From the sequence record NC_041994.1: a DNA stretch of 64,000 bases, one strand, 5' to 3'. The stretch's first letter is position 1. The number at the start of each line of letters is the position of its first letter. A program made the translations under genes and the position numbers. Of the stretch, positions 19,111 through 28,900 are shown one piece after another. Under the pieces are notes generated by a model. It was not told the origin of the DNA, made no database searches, and saw only the letters and a program-made list of their open reading frames with translations.

Positions 19111-19117
19111 GGTTTAC

Positions 19118-19471
19118 ATGGACCCATCATTGCGCAGTCACCTGTTAGTAGAACTGCTGGCACATCGTCGCAATATGGACGATTACATTCCCCCTGACGA
19201 ACACAAGAAGATGATCGCCAAGGCTGAAGCCGATCCAGTGAAGCACCACACTGTTGGTGTATACAAGAACGGCGACTACAAGCAGAACTGCGTACCGGGT
19301 TCTGAACTCGAACAACACGTCAAGTACAACACCGAGGCCCGTTGGGGTCGTGGTTTGTTCGTTGACGGTAAGTGCGTCCACAAAGGCTACCTCACCGATG
19401 AGGAAGTCGCTGAGTGGGAAGCCAAAATCAAAGACTGGCCAATGCCAGCGATCCGTTATCCACGACACTAG
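19118..19471 (+). CDS. hypothetical protein
   Basis: SD gagg; biased codons. Confidence 0.75.
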   Translation: MDPSLRSHLLVELLAHRRNMDDYIPPDEHKKMIAKAEADPVKHHTVGVYKNGDYKQNCVPGSELEQHVKYNTEARWGRGLFVDGKCVHKGYLTDEEVAEWEAKIKDWPMPAIRYPRH

Positions 19472-19480
19472 GAGTTCGGC

Positions 19481-19975
19481 ATGTGTTTTAAGCAACGTTA
19501 TCTTGTTGACGCTGTTGACGAGCCGGATGTCACCCAGAAGTTTCAGTTGTTTCGATCCGATGGTCCTTTGGGTAAAGGCCCTTCTGCGCGAGACCGGATT
19601 GATATCGTGATCAGTGTGTGGCTCAACCACCAACTGGTTACTAAAGTTCTGGAGATTGCCGACACCTTATCGAAACGCAAGTGGGTGGTTGGCGAACATT
19701 ACCCAGTAGTGCCCGAGCGCGGTGTGTTGTTTGCATCACCCGCGGTCAAGCATTTATTCCCGAAGTTTGTTGCGCATGACGAGGTGATGTTCCTCACGCC
19801 TGACGTCCGTATGGATGGCAAGATCATCATGTTGCAATTGTCCGACTTCAGCTATCTACAAATGGTCAGTGTTAGCTACCGCGAGACTACCGAGTGTTAC
19901 ATCGAAGCCGAGGTCCGACTCAAGTTCGGACTTAAAGCCGATCGCAGTACATTTCACACCTACAAACATCCCTGA
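19481..19975 (+). CDS. hypothetical protein
   Basis: SD aggag. Confidence 0.7.
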   Translation: MCFKQRYLVDAVDEPDVTQKFQLFRSDGPLGKGPSARDRIDIVISVWLNHQLVTKVLEIADTLSKRKWVVGEHYPVVPERGVLFASPAVKHLFPKFVAHDEVMFLTPDVRMDGKIIMLQLSDFSYLQMVSVSYRETTECYIEAEVRLKFGLKADRSTFHTYKHP

Positions 19976-19982
19976 GGTGATT

Positions 19983-20672
19983 ATGACAAACGAACTGAAA
20001 GCTACCCCAGGTCAGTTGGCTGAACTGAAACTGTTGGTGCCGGGCATTGAACGTCGCATCAATGAGTTCCAGATGGATACGCTTGCCTGCAACATGGACT
20101 TCATCATGTTCCGTGATGTCGATGTGCGTGCGTTCCTTGCGCATTCGGTCAAGGCTGCTCGCGCTACCGAACACGATCTGGTCGACGTGGTGCGTAAGAT
20201 CAACTTCGCACGCCTGGGTCCGATTATGGAAGCCCAGAAGTTTGCAGCGATCGAGCAAAACGGTTACGCCGTACAACCCATCATCGCTGGTGATAAACCA
20301 GCGTATGCGTACACCATCGGTTTGACGGGGTTGGTTGGGTTTGAGCTGTTTGCACATGCTGGCGGTGACGTCGGTATTCTTACCCATGTCGTACACCACT
20401 ACGCAGAACTGGCCCAGCGACACGAACACATCGAGCATGAACGTAACGACGTAGCCGCGATGCGTAACCGTCCTAGACAGGGTGTCCGTACACTGGCTGT
20501 GCCGGTGGAGCCGATGGTGGCCAAGCAGGACATCCTCAAGCAAACCTTCGGTGAAGAGCCGAAGCGGGTATATCAAATCCTCATTGCCGACTCAGACAAC
20601 CGTCTACCCGGCGAATCTGGCTACGACAGTACCAACTGGCCGCAGCCGCGTCTCCCACGTCCACTAGGTTAA
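19983..20672 (+). CDS. hypothetical protein, possible DUF4262-like C-terminal half
   Basis: SD gaggtg; AYAYTIGLTG...FELF. Confidence 0.65.
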   Translation: MTNELKATPGQLAELKLLVPGIERRINEFQMDTLACNMDFIMFRDVDVRAFLAHSVKAARATEHDLVDVVRKINFARLGPIMEAQKFAAIEQNGYAVQPIIAGDKPAYAYTIGLTGLVGFELFAHAGGDVGILTHVVHHYAELAQRHEHIEHERNDVAAMRNRPRQGVRTLAVPVEPMVAKQDILKQTFGEEPKRVYQILIADSDNRLPGESGYDSTNWPQPRLPRPLG

Positions 20673-20680
20673 GGACTCTC

Positions 20681-21199
20681 ATGCCGATCTTCGAAGAAGC
20701 AAAAGAGAAATACGAAAGCAATGCGCTCGATACCCTGAGCGTGCTGTACTGGCGTGGTGCGCTGGACTCCGGGAGCATTCCCAGCAAAGCGGGTTTGGCC
20801 ACCTTGATCGAAGATAACCTAGCACAGACCGACTGGGATCATGAGAAGGCCCACAGCCTGACTGAACTCGGTAAGCTGTTTGCCAAGCAGTACTTCGAGG
20901 CGAAGGCAGCGTTGGTCTCTGAAGTGGCTGATCGTTCTTCGATCACGATCAACGATGTATTCGCTCTGATGGCGTCGACTGCTGCGCGCTGGATGACCGA
21001 GGACATCAAGTCCGATGAATTCCGCGACAAGTGTGGCGACACACTGGAATTCGAATGTGTCGAGATTGAAAACAACCCGGCCTATACCCGCAAGGTTTAC
21101 CGTGCTGTGAGCAAGATCGATGGTTTGACACCACAGTTGACGCTGCTGGTTGGTGATCGTACCACCGACGTCCTCGGCAAGCTCGTCTACGTAGCCTGA
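20681..21199 (+). CDS. hypothetical protein
   Basis: SD aagga. Confidence 0.75.
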   Translation: MPIFEEAKEKYESNALDTLSVLYWRGALDSGSIPSKAGLATLIEDNLAQTDWDHEKAHSLTELGKLFAKQYFEAKAALVSEVADRSSITINDVFALMASTAARWMTEDIKSDEFRDKCGDTLEFECVEIENNPAYTRKVYRAVSKIDGLTPQLTLLVGDRTTDVLGKLVYVA

Positions 21200-21201
21200 C
21201 C

Positions 21202-21408
21202 ATGTTGTACGAGGTCGAGGAGAACCGTGAGTATTTGTCACCTTCTGGCCTAACGTTTAAGGTCCTGTTCCGTGCTAAGCATGGGCAGGACTGTTCCTAC
21301 CCCCAGGTAGTGTATACCAATCTTACACCCACGCATGATCGCCCCGCTGGGGAAATATGGGTGATTAGCGAAAGCCTCTTCCTAAAGCAATTCCGAGAAA
21401 AAGAATGA
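21202..21408 (+). CDS. small DUF1653-like SH3-type protein
   Basis: Y...G..FKV...AKH......VVY...WV.....F..F pattern. Confidence 0.55.
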   Translation: MLYEVEENREYLSPSGLTFKVLFRAKHGQDCSYPQVVYTNLTPTHDRPAGEIWVISESLFLKQFREKE

Positions 21409-21686
21409 ACAAGCTGTATCTGCTGATCGCTGTAATGTGTGCCTCTGTGGTTGCTCAAGCTACCGAGGTTGTTGGAAGCGTCGAGGCTGAAGTGGTTACC
21501 GCTTCTTGTGCTGAACCTAAAGCCGGTCTGGGTTCGTTCTGGAAGAAGTCGTCTTACGAGTGCCGACTGTGGATCGAAAGTGAATACGGTCAGCAGCACA
21601 TCAACATCAAACTGGATCATCCGGTGAAGCGTGGCGACAAGCTGACGCTGGTACAAACCAGCGATAACGAATACACCGTGATGTAA
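21405..21686 (+). CDS. small exported protein
   Basis: Signal-peptide-like MNKLYLLIAVMCASVVAQA; Cys pair. Confidence 0.7.
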   Translation: MNKLYLLIAVMCASVVAQATEVVGSVEAEVVTASCAEPKAGLGSFWKKSSYECRLWIESEYGQQHINIKLDHPVKRGDKLTLVQTSDNEYTVM

Positions 21687-21695
21687 GGAGGCCCT

Positions 21696-22157
21696 GTGGC
21701 TATTCATATTACTGTTGTAGGGTTTGGCCGTGAACCTGATCTCTCGGTCAAGGCGCGGTTGGAGTACTGTGGTTTCCTTGAGGCCTCAGAAGGGAAAATT
21801 ATCAATGGCAACTGTGAATTCTACAACGTCAAGACGCAGTACCCTGACGCGGTAGAGCTGGTTCACATCGTCGTGCAGGATGAGAAGATCGACTGTCGCG
21901 ACATGGCGTTGGTCTTCGATATGCCTTTCGATGGCCTTACCCAGGATACCCCAGAAGCAACAGCACGGGCTGAGCTGATGGGTCTGATCTTGGCTGAAAC
22001 CGCAGGGCGTTGTGGTGCACTGGAATTGGTTCGTGAAGTCGAAGGCCTGTTCGAGACACCCGATGGTCTGATGGCCTACGTGTTCAAGAATGTTTCGTCT
22101 GCAATCGAAGACGACATTGCCAATGGCGTGCGCCGGCAGATCCGCGAAATCAACTGA
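21696..22157 (+). CDS. hypothetical protein, possible divergent IN-x family member
   Basis: Ends DDIANGVRRQIREIN-stop. Confidence 0.7.
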   Translation: MAIHITVVGFGREPDLSVKARLEYCGFLEASEGKIINGNCEFYNVKTQYPDAVELVHIVVQDEKIDCRDMALVFDMPFDGLTQDTPEATARAELMGLILAETAGRCGALELVREVEGLFETPDGLMAYVFKNVSSAIEDDIANGVRRQIREIN

Positions 22158-22205
22158 CGACATACTGGCGAGGGGGCAACCCCTCGCTATGCCCGGGAGG
22201 CATAA

Positions 22206-22643
22206 ATGGAACGTTCACAACACTACATTGAAAAACCCACGCGTGAAATGATCTTGGACGCTGTTCGTTTCCGCTTAGAAAAGATTACCAAGGAATCCAG
22301 TCTCGGTGAGGTCATTCTTCAGTCCGAGAGTGAGTTCAACGCTTACCTCGCCATCGTGGTACCGGTGGCCTGTCCTGCGTGCCTCTACGATGTAAACGCA
22401 CCGCTGGAAGGCGACTGGGCAGCCGCTACCCGGGACGAGCTCATGATTAACCTCCCGGCGTCATGGATGGAATACGACACCCGTCTGACAGTCGAGATCA
22501 TTGATCTGATTCTTGAAATTGGGGTAGGTGACAACTACCGTTTCATGAAGTCGACCTCCGGCAATGAAGAACCTATCTACTGGATCACCAGCGCACGGAT
22601 GATCTGCTTTTTCCACTCGTCTAAAAAGGTAGAAGCTGCATGA
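22206..22643 (+). CDS. hypothetical protein
   Basis: SD ggagg. Confidence 0.7.
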   Translation: MERSQHYIEKPTREMILDAVRFRLEKITKESSLGEVILQSESEFNAYLAIVVPVACPACLYDVNAPLEGDWAAATRDELMINLPASWMEYDTRLTVEIIDLILEIGVGDNYRFMKSTSGNEEPIYWITSARMICFFHSSKKVEAA

Positions 22644-22870
22644 AATTCATTCTCCTCGTCAGCACGCTGGTACTGGCTGACAACGATGGTCAAGCGGCGG
22701 CTGAATCCAGCTCCGTGTTCGGCAGTAAAGATGCCTGTGCTACCGCTGTTGAAATCCGCACGGGGCGTACCATGAACGCCATCAAGGACGGACTGCGTCT
22801 GGAGATCCCGTTCAAAGGCCGCTATGGTAGCGGCGCCACTGTCTTCGTCTGCTCACCCTACGGCGAATAA
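22640..22870 (+). CDS. small exported protein
   Basis: Hydrophobic N-terminus, two Cys, ATGA overlap. Confidence 0.65.
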   Translation: MKFILLVSTLVLADNDGQAAAESSSVFGSKDACATAVEIRTGRTMNAIKDGLRLEIPFKGRYGSGATVFVCSPYGE

Positions 22871-22893
22871 CCCAGTCCTTTAAGGAATTAATC

Positions 22894-23583
22894 ATGCTGC
22901 AATTGTTGGCTAACGAAATCGCGCAATACAACGACACTCACAACGTCAATAAGTTGGCTCCGTACCACAACAGCACTCACATGGGTATTGCCTACGTGAT
23001 TGCCAAGGAACTCTGGGCCATCGAGAAGAACGACCCGAACTACGTCATGTCGGCGCCTGAGGAAGTCCTGGAAGTCATGCTGATGTTGGGTGTGTTGTTC
23101 CATGACGTGAACCACTCAGGCGGTATCCTGACCGATCGGGAAAACATCCTCTGGGCAATCAAAGAACTCAAGCAGTTCTGCCTGGTGCATTCTCAAGTCA
23201 TCAACGGCGTATTCGCAAAGAAGCACCCCACTTGGGTGGCACCCGCTATGTGGTCGGCAGTGGGTATCATCGACTGCACGGAGTTCCCGTTCGTCAAACA
23301 CCCGGCTACCAAGCTCGAATGCATCATGCGTGATGCAGACGTGTTGTACACAGCCTACGTCGGTGACCCGAAACTGGTAATGGAAGATCTGCGTACTGAG
23401 ATCTCTACTGCCCGTAAGTACAACGTCACCTACGAAGAAATGGTCATCGGTCAGTCGGCCTTCATGAAAGGCATCACGATGTACACCAAAGCAGGGCAAG
23501 CCATGTGGGACCGTCTGGCCCAGCCGTACATGGACAAGCTGTGTGCTTACGCTTTGGAACACGCTGACGCTATCCCCGCCTAA
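22894..23583 (+). CDS. HD-domain protein with class I phosphodiesterase-like signature
   Basis: PYHNSTH...FHDVNHSG...RDADV. Confidence 0.8.
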   Translation: MLQLLANEIAQYNDTHNVNKLAPYHNSTHMGIAYVIAKELWAIEKNDPNYVMSAPEEVLEVMLMLGVLFHDVNHSGGILTDRENILWAIKELKQFCLVHSQVINGVFAKKHPTWVAPAMWSAVGIIDCTEFPFVKHPATKLECIMRDADVLYTAYVGDPKLVMEDLRTEISTARKYNVTYEEMVIGQSAFMKGITMYTKAGQAMWDRLAQPYMDKLCAYALEHADAIPA

Positions 23584-23594
23584 CGGAGACAATC

Positions 23595-24275
23595 ATGTCC
23601 GTAATCTCATTTACTAAGTTCATCGATGAGCGAAATGCTGAAACGAGTAATGAGGTGCGCAAGTACCTTAAGCACTTCGGGGTATCGCTGGCCAAATACA
23701 CCAAGAGCCCGAAGTGTAAAGTACATGATTCGTTGTGTGCGGTAGTAGCCGGTTGGGATCTCTGGGTTAATCTGGAAGTCTTGACCGACTACTGGTTGGT
23801 TTCAGCAATGCCAGCGTTCAAAACAGAGGACGGGAATATTCAGCTGAACTTCTTGTCGGGTTTTGGTGAGCCGGTAAACGGGGAATACCCACCTGCACTA
23901 CAGATCGAGATCGAACACATCACTGATGGTCGTGGTGATCCGTTAATCGACAGTGCTCGCACTTTCGAACTGGCCTTGCGTGAACACAAACCCGGTGTGT
24001 TGGTTGTATCGGTGTTGGCCATTGCTGTAATGCGGTATGCTAACCGAGACATGGGTCACATGTACCGGATGCACACCGTCGACAACGACCAGATTACCCT
24101 GGTCACTGAAAGCCCCACTGAACGGATGACCTTCCGTTTGGACATTGAACTCACCCGGAAAGCTTTACAGAAGCTTAAACTTGACTGCGAGCGCCAGGAT
24201 CGCAGAGACGGTGTTTTGCCAGACCCTGAGGCCTGGACCGTCTTCGAAGACCAACGTTTAGATAAAGAGGATTGA
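23595..24275 (+). CDS. hypothetical protein
   Basis: SD ggag. Confidence 0.75.
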   Translation: MSVISFTKFIDERNAETSNEVRKYLKHFGVSLAKYTKSPKCKVHDSLCAVVAGWDLWVNLEVLTDYWLVSAMPAFKTEDGNIQLNFLSGFGEPVNGEYPPALQIEIEHITDGRGDPLIDSARTFELALREHKPGVLVVSVLAIAVMRYANRDMGHMYRMHTVDNDQITLVTESPTERMTFRLDIELTRKALQKLKLDCERQDRRDGVLPDPEAWTVFEDQRLDKED

Positions 24276-24278
24276 CCT

Positions 24279-24977
24279 ATGACTCGCCACATCGCCTACC
24301 GTTTGAGTTGCACCTGCCCTATCTACAACCGTTCGATGATCCCCCGCGATATTCTTGAGAGCATGGGCAAGATTGGGTTTGGCTCCAATCCGGACGATCA
24401 GTTTCTCCACGTGGCCGCGACGAGTACCTTCTGGACACTGTCGACTGAACCGAAAGAAGTCTTCGACGATGCCGTACAACATCTCATCGCCAAGCAGCAA
24501 GAAGCTAGGCGTGAAGAAGCTGAACGCATGGAACATGTGTTCGAGGAATACCGCACTACCCGTAAGTTTGACTGGGACCCGGCTGAGTTTGATTTTGTCG
24601 GGATGGACGTGACGGTCGACACTGAAGCGTATCTGCGCTATCTCAATGTGCATCTGAACGAGGCCGCGTCAAACCACCGCAGCATGGTTGAACATATCCA
24701 GTTGGAAGCGATTGAGGTATTGCCGGAAGCGGACAGCAAACTGCTGGATCGCGCAGTGCGGTTCATCAAGAACGCCGATCAGTATCGCATGGAGATTCGT
24801 GCACTTCAGAATCCGAAGGTGGTAATGGATGTGCAACGTAATTTGGCCAATGTGGCTGAATACGCCAAGCAGCGTTTAGCCTTCTACCGAATGGACTCTG
24901 AGCAGTTCGTGGATGTGATGGGTAAGGCGCTGTTCGATCTGGAACATTACTTCCCGGCCGACTTCGACGGCATGTGA
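24279..24977 (+). CDS. hypothetical protein
   Basis: SD gagg; 232 aa. Confidence 0.75.
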   Translation: MTRHIAYRLSCTCPIYNRSMIPRDILESMGKIGFGSNPDDQFLHVAATSTFWTLSTEPKEVFDDAVQHLIAKQQEARREEAERMEHVFEEYRTTRKFDWDPAEFDFVGMDVTVDTEAYLRYLNVHLNEAASNHRSMVEHIQLEAIEVLPEADSKLLDRAVRFIKNADQYRMEIRALQNPKVVMDVQRNLANVAEYAKQRLAFYRMDSEQFVDVMGKALFDLEHYFPADFDGM

Positions 24978-25033
24978 CGACATAAGGTCAACGGGATATC
25001 CCGTTGACCCATTTATGACCTGTGGGGTTTATC

Positions 25034-25567
25034 ATGGCTAAGAAAAACGTACACGAATTTGTTTATCTGCTCTCCGTGTGGGAGAAGCTGTTCGCCAAGA
25101 TGGTGCACTACCCAGCGTGGGACCCGGAAGACATGGCGCGTGCTTTGGCGATGTGGGCGTTCTACTATAACGACAACGGTACTGAGGCCAGCCTCGACTA
25201 TAACCGTTACATCCAGGCCTTGGCTGACATTGCCCCCGGCGCTGAGCAATACTTCATTGAGTACATTCGCGGCGACGAGTGGACTCGGTGGGATGCAACA
25301 TGGTGCGGTATGCATGTTGAATTCCAGATGAATCACCTGCGTAACATCAACCACTTGATGGACCTGATCGAAAAGACCCATCGACCAATGGCGTCGCCTC
25401 GTGATCTGATGCAGTTGTTCACTGGGGTATCCCGACTCTTCGTTGAGATCAAGGATGTTGAAGTCGAGCAGTTCGACAACTTCTCCAAAGAACTCATGAA
25501 GCGCGATCACGTTACTCACCCTGAAGCCGACTGGGCTTGGTCCGAGGAGAAACCAAATGCGTCGTAA
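25034..25567 (+). CDS. hypothetical protein
   Basis: ORF following a hairpin element. Confidence 0.75.
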   Translation: MAKKNVHEFVYLLSVWEKLFAKMVHYPAWDPEDMARALAMWAFYYNDNGTEASLDYNRYIQALADIAPGAEQYFIEYIRGDEWTRWDATWCGMHVEFQMNHLRNINHLMDLIEKTHRPMASPRDLMQLFTGVSRLFVEIKDVEVEQFDNFSKELMKRDHVTHPEADWAWSEEKPNAS

Positions 25568-26204
25568 ACTCAACATCGGGTTACTGCTCGGCCTGACTGC
25601 CACCAAGTGGTCGGATGGGGTAGCTGATTTCTTTGCGATGGCCACCGCCAATGGTCACGAAGTTACCATGCTGGATGAGGACCTGTCGTTCTATGCCCGG
25701 GCTGACTTTCATGCGATCATCACCCCTGGTAACAGCTACGGTCACATGACAGGTGGTTTGGATCAGGCGGTCGTGGATCTGGTAGGTGACTGGGTAGAGC
25801 CGTTGGTGCGTGACACCATCCAGAACGATTACTGTGGGGAGCTGAACGTCGGGTCTGCGTTTATCGCAACTAACCTGAAATCCAAGTTCCCTCATGTGGT
25901 CTATGCACCGACTATGCGCTCGCCGACACACTTGCCTCGCGGTTCGGACGTACCGTACACGGCGATGTTGGCTGCACTGCAAGCGATTCATCGTTGGAAC
26001 GATCGCAATCCGGATCAGCCGATAACCAACATACTCATGCCGTTGTTCGGTGTGGGTACGGGCATGATCCCCATTCCAACGGCACTGCGTCAACAAGCAC
26101 GGGCGTTGGCTCGTTACAGCAATGACAAACCGATTGAGCATTTGTTCAAAGACGGCAAAAACACGGACCAGCATCTCACTGAGACCTGGCCCCGTCGTTT
26201 CTGA
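25557..26204 (+). CDS. Macro domain (Appr-1''-p/ADP-ribose processing) protein
   Basis: ITPGNSYGHMTGGLD, VYAPTMR and MPLFGVGTG. Confidence 0.9.
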   Translation: MRRKLNIGLLLGLTATKWSDGVADFFAMATANGHEVTMLDEDLSFYARADFHAIITPGNSYGHMTGGLDQAVVDLVGDWVEPLVRDTIQNDYCGELNVGSAFIATNLKSKFPHVVYAPTMRSPTHLPRGSDVPYTAMLAALQAIHRWNDRNPDQPITNILMPLFGVGTGMIPIPTALRQQARALARYSNDKPIEHLFKDGKNTDQHLTETWPRRF

Positions 26205-26870
26205 TTACCAACGCATGGCCGGTGAACTGTGTAAGTTCACCGGTGTGCGTGCGTCATTGCCAATCACCAACTTGTTAATCGCTTTGTACGCCACCACGCC
26301 TGAGGTTGGATAAGCCATCAAGTGTGGAACGTTAGAAGCGTAGCGGTGTTTACCGTCTGCGAAGTCGGGTCTTGCAGCAGCGGTGAGATAGTTCTCTTCT
26401 GTCTTGCCTTTGTTCAACAGGATCTGGCTTCGCAGAGCCGGTATGCCGCGTCCCAGTTCACCCCACTTCTTTTGGAGTGCGTTGATCTGGCTGATGTAAC
26501 GACTGAGGATTGCCGGGTCATCGGATTCCCAGTTATTGTCCTTGGAGAACTTATCCAAGAACACAGTACGACGTAACGACTCCACCACACGGTAGAGGAC
26601 ATCGTCACCTAAGGCTTCGACATCGACCACGTATTCAAACAACTGGCTCCCCGGATACCAGACTGCGTGATCAGCACCGAAGATCTGTCCGAGTGTCTTG
26701 GACGGGATTGGATCAAAGAAGAAAGAGATGTGATCGACGTAAGCACCTTCATCATGAAACTTCTTGGCATGGGCTTCAGCCTTACGGATTTCATCGGCAG
26801 TAGCCACACCCGATGCACGTCGTGTTTTCAATGCATCGAATTGCTTCGCGGCGTAATGGTAGAGTTGCAT
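26205..26870 (-). CDS. probable late/virion protein, possible ART-like fold
   Basis: Isolated - strand gene with TATG about 25 nt upstream. Begins LYHYA; contains HISFFFDP. Confidence 0.75.
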   Translation of the reverse strand: MQLYHYAAKQFDALKTRRASGVATADEIRKAEAHAKKFHDEGAYVDHISFFFDPIPSKTLGQIFGADHAVWYPGSQLFEYVVDVEALGDDVLYRVVESLRRTVFLDKFSKDNNWESDDPAILSRYISQINALQKKWGELGRGIPALRSQILLNKGKTEENYLTAAARPDFADGKHRYASNVPHLMAYPTSGVVAYKAINKLVIGNDARTPVNLHSSPAMRW

Positions 26871-26893
26871 GATTCGCGCTCTTAGTTAAACAG

Positions 26894-26897
26894 CATA
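26894..26897 (-). promoter_or_regulatory. putative late promoter TATG
   Basis: TATG is the described phiKZ late-promoter motif; lies upstream of the - strand gene. Confidence 0.45.
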
Positions 26898-26926
26898 TAC
26901 GATTTATCAATACCTAAGGACAACCC

Positions 26927-27478
26927 ATGAAAAACCTACTTCGGTACTTACCTGATAACCCTGCTAAGTGGCTTTACAGTCTGTTCCGTCGGCACTACAC
27001 CTTCCTCCTGCTACAGGAGCTGATGGCTGCACAATACCCCGGCATTCAGATGGTCTTCAAAGGCGGTGTGGGTACACAGCTCGTAGTGGGCTATAGCGAT
27101 ACACACATGTTCTTCATTATCAACGGTAACTTGTTGACGTACGCATCCCGTAAGCAGCTCATCAACTTTACGTTTGCTGAGTACTTCGAGTACAAGGAAA
27201 AGAAAGCCAAGTGGGTTGCCAGTGTTGACGGTCAGAAGATCCTGCGAGGCGTGGTGGCTCTGCTGGAGTCCAATCCCTATCACCAATTCGTCGTCAAGTT
27301 AAAGGGACGGAACCCGGTAGTACTGGACGGCAACAAGGTCAAGGACTTTACGTGGCTGTATTTGCTGCAATGTAAGCAGCATCTGTACATGTTGTTGTTC
27401 TGGGACTTCACCCGCTGCCATGCGTTCCTGCCTCACGAAATGGTCATCCAACACAACGCAGTACCGCAACCGAGTTAA
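26927..27478 (+). CDS. hypothetical protein
   Basis: SD aagga. Confidence 0.75.
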   Translation: MKNLLRYLPDNPAKWLYSLFRRHYTFLLLQELMAAQYPGIQMVFKGGVGTQLVVGYSDTHMFFIINGNLLTYASRKQLINFTFAEYFEYKEKKAKWVASVDGQKILRGVVALLESNPYHQFVVKLKGRNPVVLDGNKVKDFTWLYLLQCKQHLYMLLFWDFTRCHAFLPHEMVIQHNAVPQPS

Positions 27479-27487
27479 TTACAAAGC

Positions 27488-27495
27488 TATATCAC
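27488..27495 (+). promoter_or_regulatory. putative early promoter TATATCAC
   Basis: Exact motif, intergenic. Confidence 0.7.
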
Positions 27496-27532
27496 CCCTA
27501 TGAATAACCTGTATTAACAAGGAGTTTATGCA

Positions 27533-28204
27533 ATGAAACGCTTTAGCCTTCTTTTGTTGGCCGCTGTTTCTCTGTTTGGCGCAGCTGCCCATGCGGAGGT
27601 AACGTTCTACGATCGCCCGGCGTTCATGGCTGAGGATATGCCACGGGTGATCAAGTGTCAGCGACAATCTACTCACTACGGTAACTGTCTGGGCGGCTAT
27701 ATGGCTCCGGCATCTATGGTGGTGAATGTCAGTCGACCGGACGGTACGGATCGTCACACGCGGACCATCAATCCGTTAGTGACGGTGTTCTGTGATCAGA
27801 ACGTGTGTAAGGAATCAACGACAGCGCAAGTCGTGGGTCGGTTCCCTACGCAGAACCGGGTACGTTGGACCATGATTGAGGGTTACTACCTCTACCGTGA
27901 TCCAGTCGAAGGCGACTTGGCGTATAAGCGGGGTTGGGGTCCTCAAGCGGATCAATACCCGCCGTACCAGATCGCTACCGAACCGGTGCAGCACATGTCG
28001 ACGTTGGTGGACTACTCCGGTACCTACCAGGTCTATTGCCAAGCGCAAGATGACCTCTGTGATTTCAACGGCCGTAAGGTCAACCGGGCTGACCTGCCCA
28101 AACTGATGCCGAAGAAAACCAGTGAATGGTGTGATCAATTCTTCTGCTATAAAAACGAGTACGGTGAGGGTGTCGTTGGTTTGAACCCTGACGGTCTCTT
28201 ATAA
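27533..28204 (+). CDS. secreted Cys-rich protein
   Basis: Signal peptide MKRFSLLLLAAVSLFGAAAHA; eight Cys in the mature part. Confidence 0.8.
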   Translation: MKRFSLLLLAAVSLFGAAAHAEVTFYDRPAFMAEDMPRVIKCQRQSTHYGNCLGGYMAPASMVVNVSRPDGTDRHTRTINPLVTVFCDQNVCKESTTAQVVGRFPTQNRVRWTMIEGYYLYRDPVEGDLAYKRGWGPQADQYPPYQIATEPVQHMSTLVDYSGTYQVYCQAQDDLCDFNGRKVNRADLPKLMPKKTSEWCDQFFCYKNEYGEGVVGLNPDGLL

Positions 28205-28240
28205 CACACGAGGGGTTTCCCCTCTGCCTTTGAGGTAAAA

Positions 28241-28534
28241 ATGGAAGCCCTGTGCACGCTGTTTACTATCTACTTCTTTTATCGTTCCTACGCCGTCTAC
28301 GGCTTCCTGACTGGGCCATTGGCCGATGCAAATATCCAGATACTGACCGAGCGATTTATCACTGGCCCTCGGGCTGGTTTTATTAGCTGCTTTGACGGTT
28401 CGTTACGGGGTATCACCATCGGCTGGGTATCCACGCTAGGTTATCCTCTTCTCACTACGGCCGTTATCCTTCATACCTGCGTAACCGCTGCTGGCATTAC
28501 AACTGCCATCCAGCGGCATTGGGCTAAGTTGTAA
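28241..28534 (+). CDS. small membrane protein
   Basis: SD gagg; hydrophobic segments. Confidence 0.65.
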   Translation: MEALCTLFTIYFFYRSYAVYGFLTGPLADANIQILTERFITGPRAGFISCFDGSLRGITIGWVSTLGYPLLTTAVILHTCVTAAGITTAIQRHWAKL

Positions 28535-28606
28535 AGAAATACGTTAGGTGTCGATGGTTTGCGGTAGTGGCATGTCGCCAACGCCGCCGACAAGGATGCC
28601 ACCCCA

Positions 28607-28870
28607 ATGCTCAGTTCCCTCGTGTTACTGCTGTCATTGTCGGTGCAGCATCAATGCAGTCCCCCACCGTGCTACGACCAGCCTCGCCTGCAAACGGAAT
28701 CTCATCGTTGGGCAATAGCTCCACGTGGGATTACGACGCCGCCACGCCGCTACAATCCGTTTTCCAAACGGGTGCGTATCTGGCCGCGTTGTTCCGTGAT
28801 CGCTAGGACTGGTCCCGGTGTTCCTCGCCTGTTAGGCCGTCAGCCCGCGCTTAAGGTGCGCGTAAGCTAA
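28607..28870 (+). CDS. possible small exported basic protein
   Basis: Hydrophobic N-terminus; weak codon support. Confidence 0.45.
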   Translation: MLSSLVLLLSLSVQHQCSPPPCYDQPRLQTESHRWAIAPRGITTPPRRYNPFSKRVRIWPRCSVIARTGPGVPRLLGRQPALKVRVS

Positions 28871-28900
28871 CGAACCCTGACTGGCATTCGAGGAGCATTT

